A stretch of 64,000 nt of DNA from an uncultured bacterium. GTDB lineage: Bacteria > Patescibacteriota > JACMRA01. Shown here piece after piece: positions 29,252 through 40,143 of the stretch (positions are counted from its first letter, which is position 1; each line of letters begins with the position of its first letter). A model generated the notes under the pieces. It was not told where the DNA came from. It did not search any database and worked only from the letters and a program-made list of their open reading frames with translations. The stretch covers positions 64,001 to 128,000 of the forward strand of contig CAWAQU010000007.1 in assembly GCA_963784355.1 (NCBI GenBank), read 5' to 3'. A program made the translations under genes and the position numbers.

Positions 29252-29674
29252 TTAAACCAAATATTTTTTCTTCATATCTTCTACTGATTGTTTGATTAAC
29301 TCAGTTAAGACCTCCATATCAATGTCTTCTAGTTTCTTGATATAAAGACAACAAACTCCAGTTTTGTATTTACCAAGTTTATTCATTAAGTCGCCGTATG
29401 GTTCAAATCCCGGCACAATGTAGACCGTGAGATTCTGAGCTCTTGGAGAAAAACCGGTTAACCCTGCATCTCCTTCTCGCCCACTTTCATATTTATAATG
29501 ATATGAACCAAACCCGATTATAGACGGTCCCCACATTTTAGGTGGCATTTGGGTAACGTCACTTATAAGTTTAAGGAGTGTGTGACAATCTTGGCGTTTT
29601 TTCTCATCTGAAATAGTATTAATAAACTCAGTAACGCTTTGGTTAGTTGGGAGGGTTTTGTTGGGTGTAGACAT
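29252..29674 (-). CDS. DUF1801 (YdhG-like) domain protein
   Basis: MWGPSIIGFGSYHYKYESGREGD, GFSPR, LGKYKTGVCCLYIKKL. Confidence 0.88.
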   Translation of the reverse strand: MSTPNKTLPTNQSVTEFINTISDEKKRQDCHTLLKLISDVTQMPPKMWGPSIIGFGSYHYKYESGREGDAGLTGFSPRAQNLTVYIVPGFEPYGDLMNKLGKYKTGVCCLYIKKLEDIDMEVLTELIKQSVEDMKKKYLV

Positions 29675-29703
29675 GACTGGCTCGTAAAACAATAAAATAG
29701 TAT

Positions 29704-30456
29704 TTACTTTTTTACTACCACTCCAAATTTTTCCATGTAAATATTTTCACTAGCCCCCTTTTCTTTTAAAACTTCTTCCATAGCTGAAACCATCATTGGA
29801 TGACCACATAGATAAAAATCCGTATTTTGATAATCAGTTACAATTTCAGGAATAGCCGTAGTTACTCGCCCGCTTAAAATATTTTCACTTGTACTAACTG
29901 AATCCAAATTCTCAACAACTGAATATACTTCTAAATTGTCATTTTTGCTGTATTCCTCAAAGAATTTATTTACAAAGTTGTCTTCTAAAACGTAACATCC
30001 GAAAAATAGCTTGATTTTGGTATCCGGGTTTTGCTCAAAAGCTTGCTTTATCATTGGCACAAACGGAGCTAAACCAGTTCCCGTAGCGATAAACACTTTG
30101 GGATTGCTACTTTCCTCCAAATGAAACCTTCCTGATGGTCCGATTGCACTTATAACCTGTCCTTCACTGATATTATCAAAAAAACGAGAAGCCTCACCTC
30201 CGGGCTTTGTGCTGATCATAAACGAAACATAAAACCCATTTCCCAATGTAGGAAAAGATTCTAATTCGGGTGTAAAATTAGGGGCTTTTTTGCTAAAATA
30301 ACAAGTGGAGTAGGACCGATTAACCTGTGGAGCTACCTGCATACTAAAAAAATGGCCCGGAATGAATTCTAGCTCGTCTTCGGTTTTAAAAGTGAGTAAG
30401 TATACTTTTTCAATTAGTTTGGTTTTGTTTACAAGGGTAAAGGATGTTCTTGGCAT
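29704..30456 (-). CDS. FAD/NAD(P)-binding oxidoreductase (ferredoxin-NADP reductase-like)
   Basis: RSYS, GGEAS, GPSGRF, ATGTGLAPF, YLCGHPMMV, EKF. Confidence 0.88.
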   Translation of the reverse strand: MPRTSFTLVNKTKLIEKVYLLTFKTEDELEFIPGHFFSMQVAPQVNRSYSTCYFSKKAPNFTPELESFPTLGNGFYVSFMISTKPGGEASRFFDNISEGQVISAIGPSGRFHLEESSNPKVFIATGTGLAPFVPMIKQAFEQNPDTKIKLFFGCYVLEDNFVNKFFEEYSKNDNLEVYSVVENLDSVSTSENILSGRVTTAIPEIVTDYQNTDFYLCGHPMMVSAMEEVLKEKGASENIYMEKFGVVVKK

Positions 30457-30591
30457 AAATTTATTGTAGTTGGGTCAATATACTTCAATAATTCACCATT
30501 TATAATTTTTTGACAAGAGTGTTGCTTATTTCTGTTTTAATTGCTACACTTATATTGACAATTTAAATGTCTTACTTTTATTATCTCAATA

Positions 30592-31638
30592 ATGCTCGGA
30601 TTTATATCAAATTTTAAACAGTCATTACACGATTTTTTAACTCAAAGAATTAATAACCAAACAGTCGGATTTTTGCTGGTTGCAATGTTGAGTTTTACTG
30701 TATTTCTGTTATTATTAAGATTTGCTAGAAGTAAAATAGAGATTATACGAAATCAAGAAATAAAACGAACAGTCCAAGAAAATTTAGACACAGTAAATTG
30801 GTTATTTTGTTTAGCTCTTGGAATTAAGCTTAGTCTGGAAATAATTTTTATAAAAAGCATCAATTTTGAATTTAGCTGGTTAAATACATTAAGTTTCACA
30901 ATTATTGCTTATTTTACAGTACTTCTTTGTCAGCAATGGCTGATATATTTATTTCGGCTGTCTATCCAAAAAAGCCATAAAGAGGGTGAGCCTATCAATC
31001 CAGATGGGCTTAGTTTGATTACTACCTTGCTGAAAATTGTGGTCTGGGCTTTGGCTCTAGTATTTATTTTACCCAACCTTGGAATTCGTGTGGATACACT
31101 TGTAGCGAGTCTGGGAATTAGCGGTATCGCAATTGCATTTGCCCTTCAGAATATTTTAAGTGAGGTTTTTGCTTCTTTTTCAATATTTTTAGACAAACCA
31201 TTTCAGGTCGGTGATTTTATAGAAGTGGGTACAGATAAAGGTAGAATTGAAAGAATTGGAATTCGCTCGACTAGAATGAGAAGCCTGAGTGGGGAAGAGA
31301 TAGTAATTTCAAACAAAGAACTTTTACTGGCTAGAATTCACAATTTTAAGCTTTTGAAGAATCGTCGAATAAGTTTTAAACTATTTTTCCCTTTAAAAAC
31401 AAAATCAGAGAAACTTAAATCTATACCTGATTTGGTAAAAAACGTTATTGAAAAGCACCAAAAAACCAAATTTGAAAGGGCAGGGATTATGGAAATAACT
31501 GATGCAAAAATCGTCTATGAAATCGTTTATTACTCATTGTCCAATAATTACGAATTTTCAATACAGACACAACAAGCAATTAATATAGAAGTGTTAGAAA
31601 TTCTAGAGGAAAATCAAATCGCTTTGACTGATATTTAA
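30592..31638 (+). CDS. mscS: Small-conductance mechanosensitive channel family protein
   Basis: ASLGISGIAIAFALQ, DKPFQVGDFI, IGIRSTR. Confidence 0.9.
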   Translation: MLGFISNFKQSLHDFLTQRINNQTVGFLLVAMLSFTVFLLLLRFARSKIEIIRNQEIKRTVQENLDTVNWLFCLALGIKLSLEIIFIKSINFEFSWLNTLSFTIIAYFTVLLCQQWLIYLFRLSIQKSHKEGEPINPDGLSLITTLLKIVVWALALVFILPNLGIRVDTLVASLGISGIAIAFALQNILSEVFASFSIFLDKPFQVGDFIEVGTDKGRIERIGIRSTRMRSLSGEEIVISNKELLLARIHNFKLLKNRRISFKLFFPLKTKSEKLKSIPDLVKNVIEKHQKTKFERAGIMEITDAKIVYEIVYYSLSNNYEFSIQTQQAINIEVLEILEENQIALTDI

Positions 31639-31714
31639 ATTAAATGTAGTTTTAAGATATTAACTTTGTAATTTCCAAAAATTATTTTAGTAAAGCTAAG
31701 TTGATTTCTGTAAT

Positions 31715-32986
31715 ATGCTGGATGTTCAAAAAATTAGACAAGATTTTCCTATTTTAAAAGAAAAAACCCAAGATTATCCATTAGTTTATTTTGATAATGC
31801 AGCCACAACTCAAAAACCACAATCTGTAATTGATTCACAAGTGGAGTTTTATACAAAATACAATTCAAATATAGGCCGAGGTAAAAACTTATTGGCTTGG
31901 GAGGCAGAGGAAAAATTCCTAAGTGCCAAGGAAAAAGTGAGGAAATTCATTAATGCTAAAGATCAAAAAGAAATAATTTTTACTAAGGGTACCACTGAAG
32001 GAATTAATTTTTTGGCTACCGTGTTTGGTAGAACTATCTCAAATGAAGGTGTAGGCAAAGATTATGGTGGGGATGAAAATTTGTGCTTGGAGCAGGGTGA
32101 TGAAATAATTATCTCGGAATCTGAGCATCATAGTAATTTTGTACCTTGGCAAGTTCTAGCAGAAGAAAAAAAACTCAAACTTAGCTTTATCTCCATTAAT
32201 CTTGATGGCACTTTGAACCTTGAAGAATACAAAAAATTACTAAACCCAAAAGTAAAACTAGTTGCAATTACTCACATATCTAATGTACTCGGTATCTTAA
32301 ATCCCATTAAAGAGATGGCTAAACTGGCACATGAAAATGGAACTTTAGTAATAGTAGATGGAGCTCAAGCTGTAGCTCATGTTGAAGTTGATGTGCAAGA
32401 TTTGGATGTAGATTTTTACTGCTTTTCTGCACACAAAATGTACGGTCCGCTCGGTATTGGAGTATTGTATGGTAAAAATGAATTATTGGAAAAAATTGCG
32501 CCATATCAATTTGGCGGTGGAATGGTGTTTTATACATCCAAAAATGTTTCCAGATTTTCTTCACAACCGGATAAATTCGAAGCCGGAACTTTAAATATTG
32601 CCGGAGCTTATGGACTAGCAGCAGCAATTGACTATCTGACTGAGCTTAGAAAAAACTTTGATGTAAAAAAACACGAGCATGATCTACTTAAGTATTTTTT
32701 AGGGTGTATGGAAAAAGTTCAGGGCATTCAAATATTAAATACTAATCAAGATATTCCACTTGTGTGCTTTAATGTACTTGATGTCCATCCCAATGATTTA
32801 GCCATGCTTTTAGGCTACAAAAATATTTGTTTGCGCACAGGTTCTCATTGCAGCGAGCCTCTAACCAAAAAATATGATCTACATTTTGGCGTATTAAGAG
32901 TTTCGTTTAGTTTTTATAACACCATTGAAGAAATTGACTATTTTATGATCAAATTCAATGAAGCACTCAAAATAATTAGAGACTAG
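31715..32986 (+). CDS. sufS: SufS-type cysteine desulfurase
   Basis: YFDNAATTQKP, EHHSN, VDGAQ, SAHKMYGP, RTGSHC. Confidence 0.92.
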   Translation: MLDVQKIRQDFPILKEKTQDYPLVYFDNAATTQKPQSVIDSQVEFYTKYNSNIGRGKNLLAWEAEEKFLSAKEKVRKFINAKDQKEIIFTKGTTEGINFLATVFGRTISNEGVGKDYGGDENLCLEQGDEIIISESEHHSNFVPWQVLAEEKKLKLSFISINLDGTLNLEEYKKLLNPKVKLVAITHISNVLGILNPIKEMAKLAHENGTLVIVDGAQAVAHVEVDVQDLDVDFYCFSAHKMYGPLGIGVLYGKNELLEKIAPYQFGGGMVFYTSKNVSRFSSQPDKFEAGTLNIAGAYGLAAAIDYLTELRKNFDVKKHEHDLLKYFLGCMEKVQGIQILNTNQDIPLVCFNVLDVHPNDLAMLLGYKNICLRTGSHCSEPLTKKYDLHFGVLRVSFSFYNTIEEIDYFMIKFNEALKIIRD

Positions 32987-33011
32987 CAAAAAAACTTCTG
33001 CTTAAAGCAAT

Positions 33012-35990
33012 TTACAGCATTTTCTTTAAATATTGGCCTGTATAGGATTTTTCATTTAAAGCCACTTCTTCAGGAGTACCAAGTGCGATTATCTCGCCAC
33101 CTCTATTTCCACCTTCTGGTCCTAAGTCAATAATCCAGTCAGCAGTTTTGATTACATCCAAATTGTGTTCAATTACTAAAATAGTATTTCCTTTATCTAC
33201 AAGCTTGTGGAGTACATCAAGTAGTAATTTCACGTCTAGCGGGTGCAAACCTGTTGTAGGCTCATCTAAGATATATAGTGTGTTTCCTGTACCAATTTTA
33301 CTTAATTCAGTAGCCAATTTTATTCTTTGAGCTTCTCCACCGGACAGAGTTGTTGCTGACTGACCTAAGTGAATATATCCTAGACCTACATCAGACAGAG
33401 TTTGGAGCTTTCGCTTGATATTTGGATGATTAGTGAAGAATTCAAGAGCTTCTTCTACAGGCATTGCTAAAATATCGGCAATTGTTTTTTCACGGTAGGT
33501 GATTTCCAAAGTTTCACGATTGTATCTACGTCCCTGACAATCCTCACATACGACATATACATCAGGTAAAAAATTCATTTCCACTTTGATAATACCGTCA
33601 CCCTGACATGTTTCACATCTTCCTCCGGGTACATTGAAACTAAATCTACCTTGTTCGTAGCCTCGGGCTTTTGATTCGGGAAGGTTAGCAAACAGCTCTC
33701 TAATAGGGGTGAATAAGCCTGTATAGGTTGCGGGGTTACTTCTAGGCGTTCTACCTATTGGACTTTGGTCAATTATGATTGGTTTATCGATATTATTCAT
33801 TCCTTCAATACTATCAAACTTTCCTACAGGTAAATGGCTGTCGTAGAAATAATTCATCAGATAGTTAGCAAAAATATCGTTTATTAGTGTTGATTTACCA
33901 CTTCCGGAAACTCCGGTAATACACACAAACTTTTTTAAAGGTATTGAAATATCAACATCTTTTAGGTTATTTTCTTTTGCTCCAAGTATCTCTATACTTG
34001 TGTTGTTTTTATTTTCAGTTTTTGTAGCATTTCTGGCGGTTGAGACTTGGGTTTCTCTGCGACTTGTAGGTACAGGTATTATTTCTTTCCCGGCCAAGAA
34101 TCTACCTGTTGGGGACTCAGGATTTGCTGAAACCTCGTCGGGAGTACCGATAGCAACTACTTTACCACCATGTTTACCTGCTTTTGGACCAATATCAACC
34201 AAGTAATCGGCAGTGCGCATGGTCTCCTCGTCATGTTCTACAACAAGTACCGTGTTTCCAAGATTTCTAAGATGCTTAAGAGTCTCAAGTAACCTAGTAT
34301 TATCTCTTTGGTGTAATCCTATGGAAGGTTCATCCAAAATGTAGAGTACACCTGTCAGACCTGATCCGATTTGGGTAGCTAGTCGAATACGCTGAGCTTC
34401 TCCACCAGATAAAGTGTCACTACTTCTAGCTAAAGTTAGATATTCTAAACCTACATTTACTAAAAATCTTAAGCGGGAGATAACTTCTTTTAAAATTAAC
34501 TTGGATATTTCAAGCTCCTTTTCTCTCAAGGGAGAGCCTGTTTTACCGTCTTTGGTAGATTTGCCCTGCAACCATTCAAAATGCGATAGAGCATTGTTTA
34601 TAGGCATTTGGGAGACTGTGCTAATGTTGGAGTCTGCTACTGTAACTGCTAGACTATCAGGTTTTAATCTAGCACCTTTACAAGTACTACAAACTTGCTT
34701 TGTCATATAGTTTTCGATATCTCTGCGACTTGCCTCACTTGTAGTCTCTTTATATCTTCGTTGCAAGTTGGTAATTACACCCTCAAAACCTGCTTCTCCA
34801 TAAAGAATTGCATTTTTTTGCTTTTCGCTTAGATCTTTCCAAGCTATAGTTAGTTTGAATTTGTGTTTTTTAGCTAAGTTTTCAAACATTTGGGTTAGCC
34901 AGCCTCCACTCAAACTTAGTCTGCTAAGTGGCCTAATACACCCTTCCATAAGGGATAAATTAGGGTTTGGCACTACTAAATTTGGATCGATTTCTGTAAT
35001 TACTCCAAGACCTGTACAACTAAGACATGCACCATGAGGGGAGTTGAAACTAAATTGTCTTGGCTCAAGTTCTCCTGGGCTGCCATGACCGTTTGGACAA
35101 GCTCTATTTTTGTTGAAAAACAATTTGTTTTCGTTGCCATCATCTTCAATATGTAGAATTATGGCTTTTTCCTTTCCAAATTTAAGGGTAGTCTCAAGTG
35201 AGTCAACTAGTCTGATTCTGTTGTCGTCCTCCATGATAATTCTGTCTACTACAATTTCCAAACTGTGTTTCTGCTGTTTGTTCAATTCCAATTTATCTAC
35301 CTCTTCAATAAGCATGATTTGACCATCTACTCTCATTCTTCTAAAGCCATTTTTCTTTGCCTCTACTACATGTTGTCTATGCCACCCTTTTTGATCTTCT
35401 ACAACAGGCGCCAATAAAATAATTTGTGAACCATGTTTTAGATTCATAATTCTATCTACCATTCTAGCTACAGATTCACCTGTAATCTCAGCATTACAAA
35501 CAGGACAGTGCTGAATACCAATTTTAGAGTATAAAAGCCTCAGATAATCATAAATTTCGGTAGTTGTACCAACTGTGGATCTGGGATTTTGAGAAGTTGA
35601 TTTTTGGTCAATGGATATGGCAGGTGAAAGCCCGTCAATTGAGTCTAAATCCGGCTTTTCCTTCAAACCTAAAAACTGTCTGGCGTAACTACTAAGACTT
35701 TCTACATACCTTCTTTGGCCTTCTGCATAAATAGTATCAAAAACCAAACTGGATTTACCTGATCCTGATAGACCTGAAAATACAACAATTTTATTTTTCG
35801 GAATTACTAAAGAAACATCTTTTAAATTATGTTCCCTGGCACCACGTACAGTAATATAACTATGTGGGTTGGGCAATTGATTAGTATCTTCTAAATAGGC
35901 TTGTTTGTTGTATTCTACTAAAGAATCGAATATTTCTTGATCTTCTGGGCTCAGGGCTTTAATAGGTTGGTCTTTGGTTTTTTGTGACAT
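33012..35990 (-). CDS. uvrA: Excinuclease ABC subunit A
   Basis: GAREHNLK, GLSGSGKSS, two LSGGEAQRI signatures, zinc-finger cysteines. Confidence 0.98.
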   Translation of the reverse strand: MSQKTKDQPIKALSPEDQEIFDSLVEYNKQAYLEDTNQLPNPHSYITVRGAREHNLKDVSLVIPKNKIVVFSGLSGSGKSSLVFDTIYAEGQRRYVESLSSYARQFLGLKEKPDLDSIDGLSPAISIDQKSTSQNPRSTVGTTTEIYDYLRLLYSKIGIQHCPVCNAEITGESVARMVDRIMNLKHGSQIILLAPVVEDQKGWHRQHVVEAKKNGFRRMRVDGQIMLIEEVDKLELNKQQKHSLEIVVDRIIMEDDNRIRLVDSLETTLKFGKEKAIILHIEDDGNENKLFFNKNRACPNGHGSPGELEPRQFSFNSPHGACLSCTGLGVITEIDPNLVVPNPNLSLMEGCIRPLSRLSLSGGWLTQMFENLAKKHKFKLTIAWKDLSEKQKNAILYGEAGFEGVITNLQRRYKETTSEASRRDIENYMTKQVCSTCKGARLKPDSLAVTVADSNISTVSQMPINNALSHFEWLQGKSTKDGKTGSPLREKELEISKLILKEVISRLRFLVNVGLEYLTLARSSDTLSGGEAQRIRLATQIGSGLTGVLYILDEPSIGLHQRDNTRLLETLKHLRNLGNTVLVVEHDEETMRTADYLVDIGPKAGKHGGKVVAIGTPDEVSANPESPTGRFLAGKEIIPVPTSRRETQVSTARNATKTENKNNTSIEILGAKENNLKDVDISIPLKKFVCITGVSGSGKSTLINDIFANYLMNYFYDSHLPVGKFDSIEGMNNIDKPIIIDQSPIGRTPRSNPATYTGLFTPIRELFANLPESKARGYEQGRFSFNVPGGRCETCQGDGIIKVEMNFLPDVYVVCEDCQGRRYNRETLEITYREKTIADILAMPVEEALEFFTNHPNIKRKLQTLSDVGLGYIHLGQSATTLSGGEAQRIKLATELSKIGTGNTLYILDEPTTGLHPLDVKLLLDVLHKLVDKGNTILVIEHNLDVIKTADWIIDLGPEGGNRGGEIIALGTPEEVALNEKSYTGQYLKKML

Positions 35991-36021
35991 GTATAAACGA
36001 CAAGATAATTGTACGTTTTTG

Positions 36022-37002
36022 TCAAAGTTTTATTTCCAAAAAATACCATTTATTCAGTAAACTATCCTTAGATTCCTCATACTCAATTAGCTTAGCTTTT
36101 GTATCAGATGTTGTTTTATCAAAATCCAGTTTGACTTTACTAGCGGAATCAAGAATCGAACTAAAATCAAATTTATAATTCATCAAATTCTGAAATCCGG
36201 TAAACCAGTCTGCAAGCCATTTATTATAATTAGGATAAATTAAAGGTTGGGTATTTTTTATTGGAGCAGCAATTTTTGTAGTAGCTGTGGATGCTGAGTT
36301 TTTAGTTGTGCTTGTAGTAACACTTGGTATAGCATAATTTGTTAGCTCTGCACACTTATCGTTACTTTTTTTAACTGTTTCTTTTATTGAGTTATTGTAG
36401 AAATCAAAATTTGATAACTTTGTTTCATTTGCAGTTAAACTTTGGCATATTTTAACTGACTCCTGTAAACTTCCTTTTGTTTGTTGAAAACTTTCACAAC
36501 TATCTATCCAAACATTTCTATAATCCAAAAATTTTACAAATTCAGAGCTTTTTTCATAGGATTCATGTTGATTTGCAAGGCTATTTTCGTAATTTTGATA
36601 CAAATCTTTATATATTTCTTTAATTTTACCATCTGCAAAAACGCTATAATTCCCTAAATCTTTAAGATTTTGGTCAGGCAATAAACTTGTGGCAAAAGAA
36701 TTGAATGTTTTAAATTCGTCTGTTTCAAGATCAACTTTTTGTGATTCACTACAAGGTTCTAATGGATCAAAATCCGTGTCCGTCTCAAAGATTGCATATG
36801 CAACGTCATTTAATTTTTGTGATTGTTCATCAAACTTTTTTTGGAGTTTGCTTGTTTTCTGGGTTGCAAAATTGACATAACTTTTCAATATTATAGGTTG
36901 CAGGCCAATAAAGTAGAAAACAACTACACCGATTGCTAATGATATGGCTATTGCACGCCACACAATATCAAAGTTGAATTTAGTGACTGAATTATTATTC
37001 AT
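36022..37002 (-). CDS. Hypothetical membrane-anchored protein
   Basis: N-terminal TM helix followed by a helical domain; ATG 37002 preferred as start. Confidence 0.65.
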   Translation of the reverse strand: MNNNSVTKFNFDIVWRAIAISLAIGVVVFYFIGLQPIILKSYVNFATQKTSKLQKKFDEQSQKLNDVAYAIFETDTDFDPLEPCSESQKVDLETDEFKTFNSFATSLLPDQNLKDLGNYSVFADGKIKEIYKDLYQNYENSLANQHESYEKSSEFVKFLDYRNVWIDSCESFQQTKGSLQESVKICQSLTANETKLSNFDFYNNSIKETVKKSNDKCAELTNYAIPSVTTSTTKNSASTATTKIAAPIKNTQPLIYPNYNKWLADWFTGFQNLMNYKFDFSSILDSASKVKLDFDKTTSDTKAKLIEYEESKDSLLNKWYFLEIKL

Positions 37003-37169
37003 GGTTTTAAAGTTAACCAAAGTGTTTTGTGGTCTATTTGTCAAGGAAGTTGTTTATTGTAACTTTAGTTTTTATTACTGTTTATTTGTATATTTCGGTT
37101 TATAATCAAAATTACTATGGAGCTGATGTTTGACAAAATATATTTAAAACGGAAGCCTATAAGCAATAT

Positions 37170-39662
37170 ATGTTCCAAGATGTTCCGGTTAGACATAGTG
37201 TCGATTTTAGTGGAGTTAATTTAAGTTTAGAAACTGGTTTACTTGCTAATCAAGCAAATAGTTCAGTTTTAGCTACGTTGGGTGAAACAACTGTACTTGC
37301 AGCCGTAGTTGTCGGTAAAGAAACTAGTGTTGACTATTTCCCCCTCCAAGTAATTTACGAAGAGAGAATGTACGCCAGTGGTAAAATCAAAGGATCAAGA
37401 TTTATTAAAAGGGAGGGAAGACCATCTGAAAGTGCTATACTGACCGGACGCATGATTGATAGGTCATTAAGATCATTATTTGATAAAAATATTCGTAGTG
37501 AAGTGCAAGTTGTAATTACCGTTTTGAGTATAGATGAAGTAAATCCGCCGGATATCTTGTGTGTGCTTGCAGCATCTGCAGCTTTAAAAATTGCTATTAA
37601 AGATTTTCAAGGTCATGTAAGTAGTGTACGTATCGGTCAATTGGCTATAAATGGAGCAACATCAATAGTTAATTCAATAAAAGAAAAAGTAAATTCAGGT
37701 TTGGATTTTGATCAGATGAGAGAAATTTTGATTGATGCTTGTAGAGTTCTAGAAATTCACGATGAAGATCAAAGAAAACAATTTAGAGAAATTTTTGACT
37801 TGCTTGGTGCTAAAAATCCTGATTGGGCCAACAAATTAAAGGAAATTTACCAGCAAGAATCCAGAGGTCTAAAACAGGAAACCTTATCAAAATATTCTTC
37901 TAGTTATACATCTGTTGCTCTTCCGACCTATGAGCAAATGGCTAGTTCAGAGCTTGATTTAGTTGTTTCCGGTGATGGAGATAATATTATGATGGTAGAG
38001 GCAGGGGCAAATATTATTAATGAAGATATAATCGGCAGTAGTTTAGATGTGGCAGCTGTAAACTTGAAGAAATTAACTAAATTTCAAACTGAGTTTATAG
38101 AAAAAGTAGGAGCAGAAATGAATATTCAACCTAAAGAACTAGTGAAAAAAGAGGCTGATCCGAAGTATGTAGACTACTGGTTGAGCTATGGGGAAGACTT
38201 GGAAAATGTACTTTACATGAGCGGCAGTAAAGAGGAAAAAGCAGATGCACTGAATGATCTCAAGCAAAAACATCTTAACGCAGCTGAAAAGTTTGCAGAA
38301 ATGACTACTTTAATTACGGCAGATTCTGATTTAAAAGAAAACATTTCTCAAATTATTGAAAAACAAGACGCAGATCTAAAAAGTATTTTAAACAGCCAGG
38401 CCAATATTGTTACTGAAAAATCTGAGCTAACTACTTTAAAATCAAACCTTCAAATAGCTCTAGATAAAGTCATACAGAAACTAGTTCATACAAATGTTTT
38501 AGAGAAAGACAGACGTTTAGATGGGCGCAGGCTTGATGAAACCAGAAAAATAATTTGCCAAATTGGAGTCTTACCAATGGTACATGGCTCAAGCTTATTC
38601 CAAAGAGGAGAGACGCAAGTACTTAATGTATTGACTTTAGGCACTTCTAGGGATGCACAATTACTTGATGATATGGAGGATTTTGAGGAACAGACTAAAA
38701 GATATATCCATCATTACAATTTTCCTGCATATTCCGTTGGCGAGACAGGTCGATATTTCGGTCCGGGAAGGCGTGAGATTGGTCATGGAGCTTTGGCTGA
38801 AAAAGCACTTTTGCCTGTACTTCCAACTGAAGAAGAGTTTCCATACACTCTTAGACTAGTTAGTGAATGTCTAGGATCAAACGGCTCTACTTCAATGGCG
38901 TCTACATGTGGATCATGTCTTAGCCTTTTAGAAGGAGGAGTACCAATCAAAGATTTAGTTGCGGGAGTAGCTATGGGCTTGATTTTAGATAGCCAAAGCG
39001 GTAAATTTAAAGTTTTGACAGATATTCAAGGTAGCGAAGATCATTACGGAGACATGGACTTTAAAGTAACAGGTACTAAAAATGGTATTACTGCGATTCA
39101 ATTGGACAATAAAGTTGCAGGGCTTACAACTGAGATCTTAAAACAAGCCCTAGTTCAATCAAAAGCTGCTAGAATGCACATTTTGGGTATAATGAATCAA
39201 GCGATTAATCAGGCTAGACCTGAAGTATCAAAATACGCTCCAGGTGTCATCACGTTGCAAGTCCCTGTAGATAAAATTGGTGAAGTGATTGGACCAAGCG
39301 GTAAAATAATCAAATCTATTATTGCTAGATATCAGGTTGATGTAGATATTGAGGATAACACAGGAAAAACATTTATTTATGGTAAAGATAGAGACAATGT
39401 TGCAAAAGCTGCCGATACAATTAAAAAGCTGATCAAAGAATATAAAGTGGGCGACAGCGTTGGTGGAAAGGTATTTAGAATCGAGAGTTACGGAGCTTTT
39501 GTAAAAATTGATGATACAGATAAAGAAGGAATGATACATATCTCTCAAATTTCTGAAAAAAGAGTAAACAATATCAATGAAGTCATAACAATGGGGCAGG
39601 AATTGCAAGCCAAAGTTGTGGAAATTAATGATAAAGGGCAAATTAGCCTAACTCTTAAGTAG
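37170..39662 (+). CDS. pnp: Polyribonucleotide nucleotidyltransferase (PNPase) with insertions
   Basis: GKIKGSRFIKREGRP, HHYNFPAYSVGE, RREIGHGALAE, SNGSTSMAS, GDMDFKVTG, KH and S1 domains. Confidence 0.96.
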   Translation: MFQDVPVRHSVDFSGVNLSLETGLLANQANSSVLATLGETTVLAAVVVGKETSVDYFPLQVIYEERMYASGKIKGSRFIKREGRPSESAILTGRMIDRSLRSLFDKNIRSEVQVVITVLSIDEVNPPDILCVLAASAALKIAIKDFQGHVSSVRIGQLAINGATSIVNSIKEKVNSGLDFDQMREILIDACRVLEIHDEDQRKQFREIFDLLGAKNPDWANKLKEIYQQESRGLKQETLSKYSSSYTSVALPTYEQMASSELDLVVSGDGDNIMMVEAGANIINEDIIGSSLDVAAVNLKKLTKFQTEFIEKVGAEMNIQPKELVKKEADPKYVDYWLSYGEDLENVLYMSGSKEEKADALNDLKQKHLNAAEKFAEMTTLITADSDLKENISQIIEKQDADLKSILNSQANIVTEKSELTTLKSNLQIALDKVIQKLVHTNVLEKDRRLDGRRLDETRKIICQIGVLPMVHGSSLFQRGETQVLNVLTLGTSRDAQLLDDMEDFEEQTKRYIHHYNFPAYSVGETGRYFGPGRREIGHGALAEKALLPVLPTEEEFPYTLRLVSECLGSNGSTSMASTCGSCLSLLEGGVPIKDLVAGVAMGLILDSQSGKFKVLTDIQGSEDHYGDMDFKVTGTKNGITAIQLDNKVAGLTTEILKQALVQSKAARMHILGIMNQAINQARPEVSKYAPGVITLQVPVDKIGEVIGPSGKIIKSIIARYQVDVDIEDNTGKTFIYGKDRDNVAKAADTIKKLIKEYKVGDSVGGKVFRIESYGAFVKIDDTDKEGMIHISQISEKRVNNINEVITMGQELQAKVVEINDKGQISLTLK

Positions 39663-39681
39663 TTTTAATTCACTCCTACAC

Positions 39682-39951
39682 ATGTCTTCAGAATATTTAG
39701 CACAAAACCAATCTAAAGTAAAGTTGGTACTTGATGCTATTTTATCAAATCAAGAAAACAATATTGACCCTTTAGACATTAGAATTTTAGCTGAAAAAAC
39801 AAATTTGTCTGCAATTGAAGTAACAGTTATAGTAGAACATGTTTGTGATCATCTGAGGATTGATAAATACTTATACCATACAGAGGTTGATAAACTAAGA
39901 GAAAAAGTATCAGTTTTGTTTGAAACATTGAAAAAACATCAGTTGAAATAG
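39682..39951 (+). CDS. Hypothetical protein (possible winged-helix)
   Basis: 89-aa ORF with LAEKTNLS..EV helix-turn-helix-like pattern. Confidence 0.5.
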   Translation: MSSEYLAQNQSKVKLVLDAILSNQENNIDPLDIRILAEKTNLSAIEVTVIVEHVCDHLRIDKYLYHTEVDKLREKVSVLFETLKKHQLK

Positions 39952-40143
39952 TGTTTTAAATTTCGATTAGTTTCGCTTAATTTACCTGGATTTAGTTTTA
40001 GTTAGAAACATATACTTTCACACCCGGCTGCCAACTGAGTAATCAAAGTTATAAAAATATAAATATTGGGCAAAAATTGCTCTTTTACTCAAAATAATCG
40101 CAATAACGATTAAAAACCTGCTAAATATAATATACATAACTAT

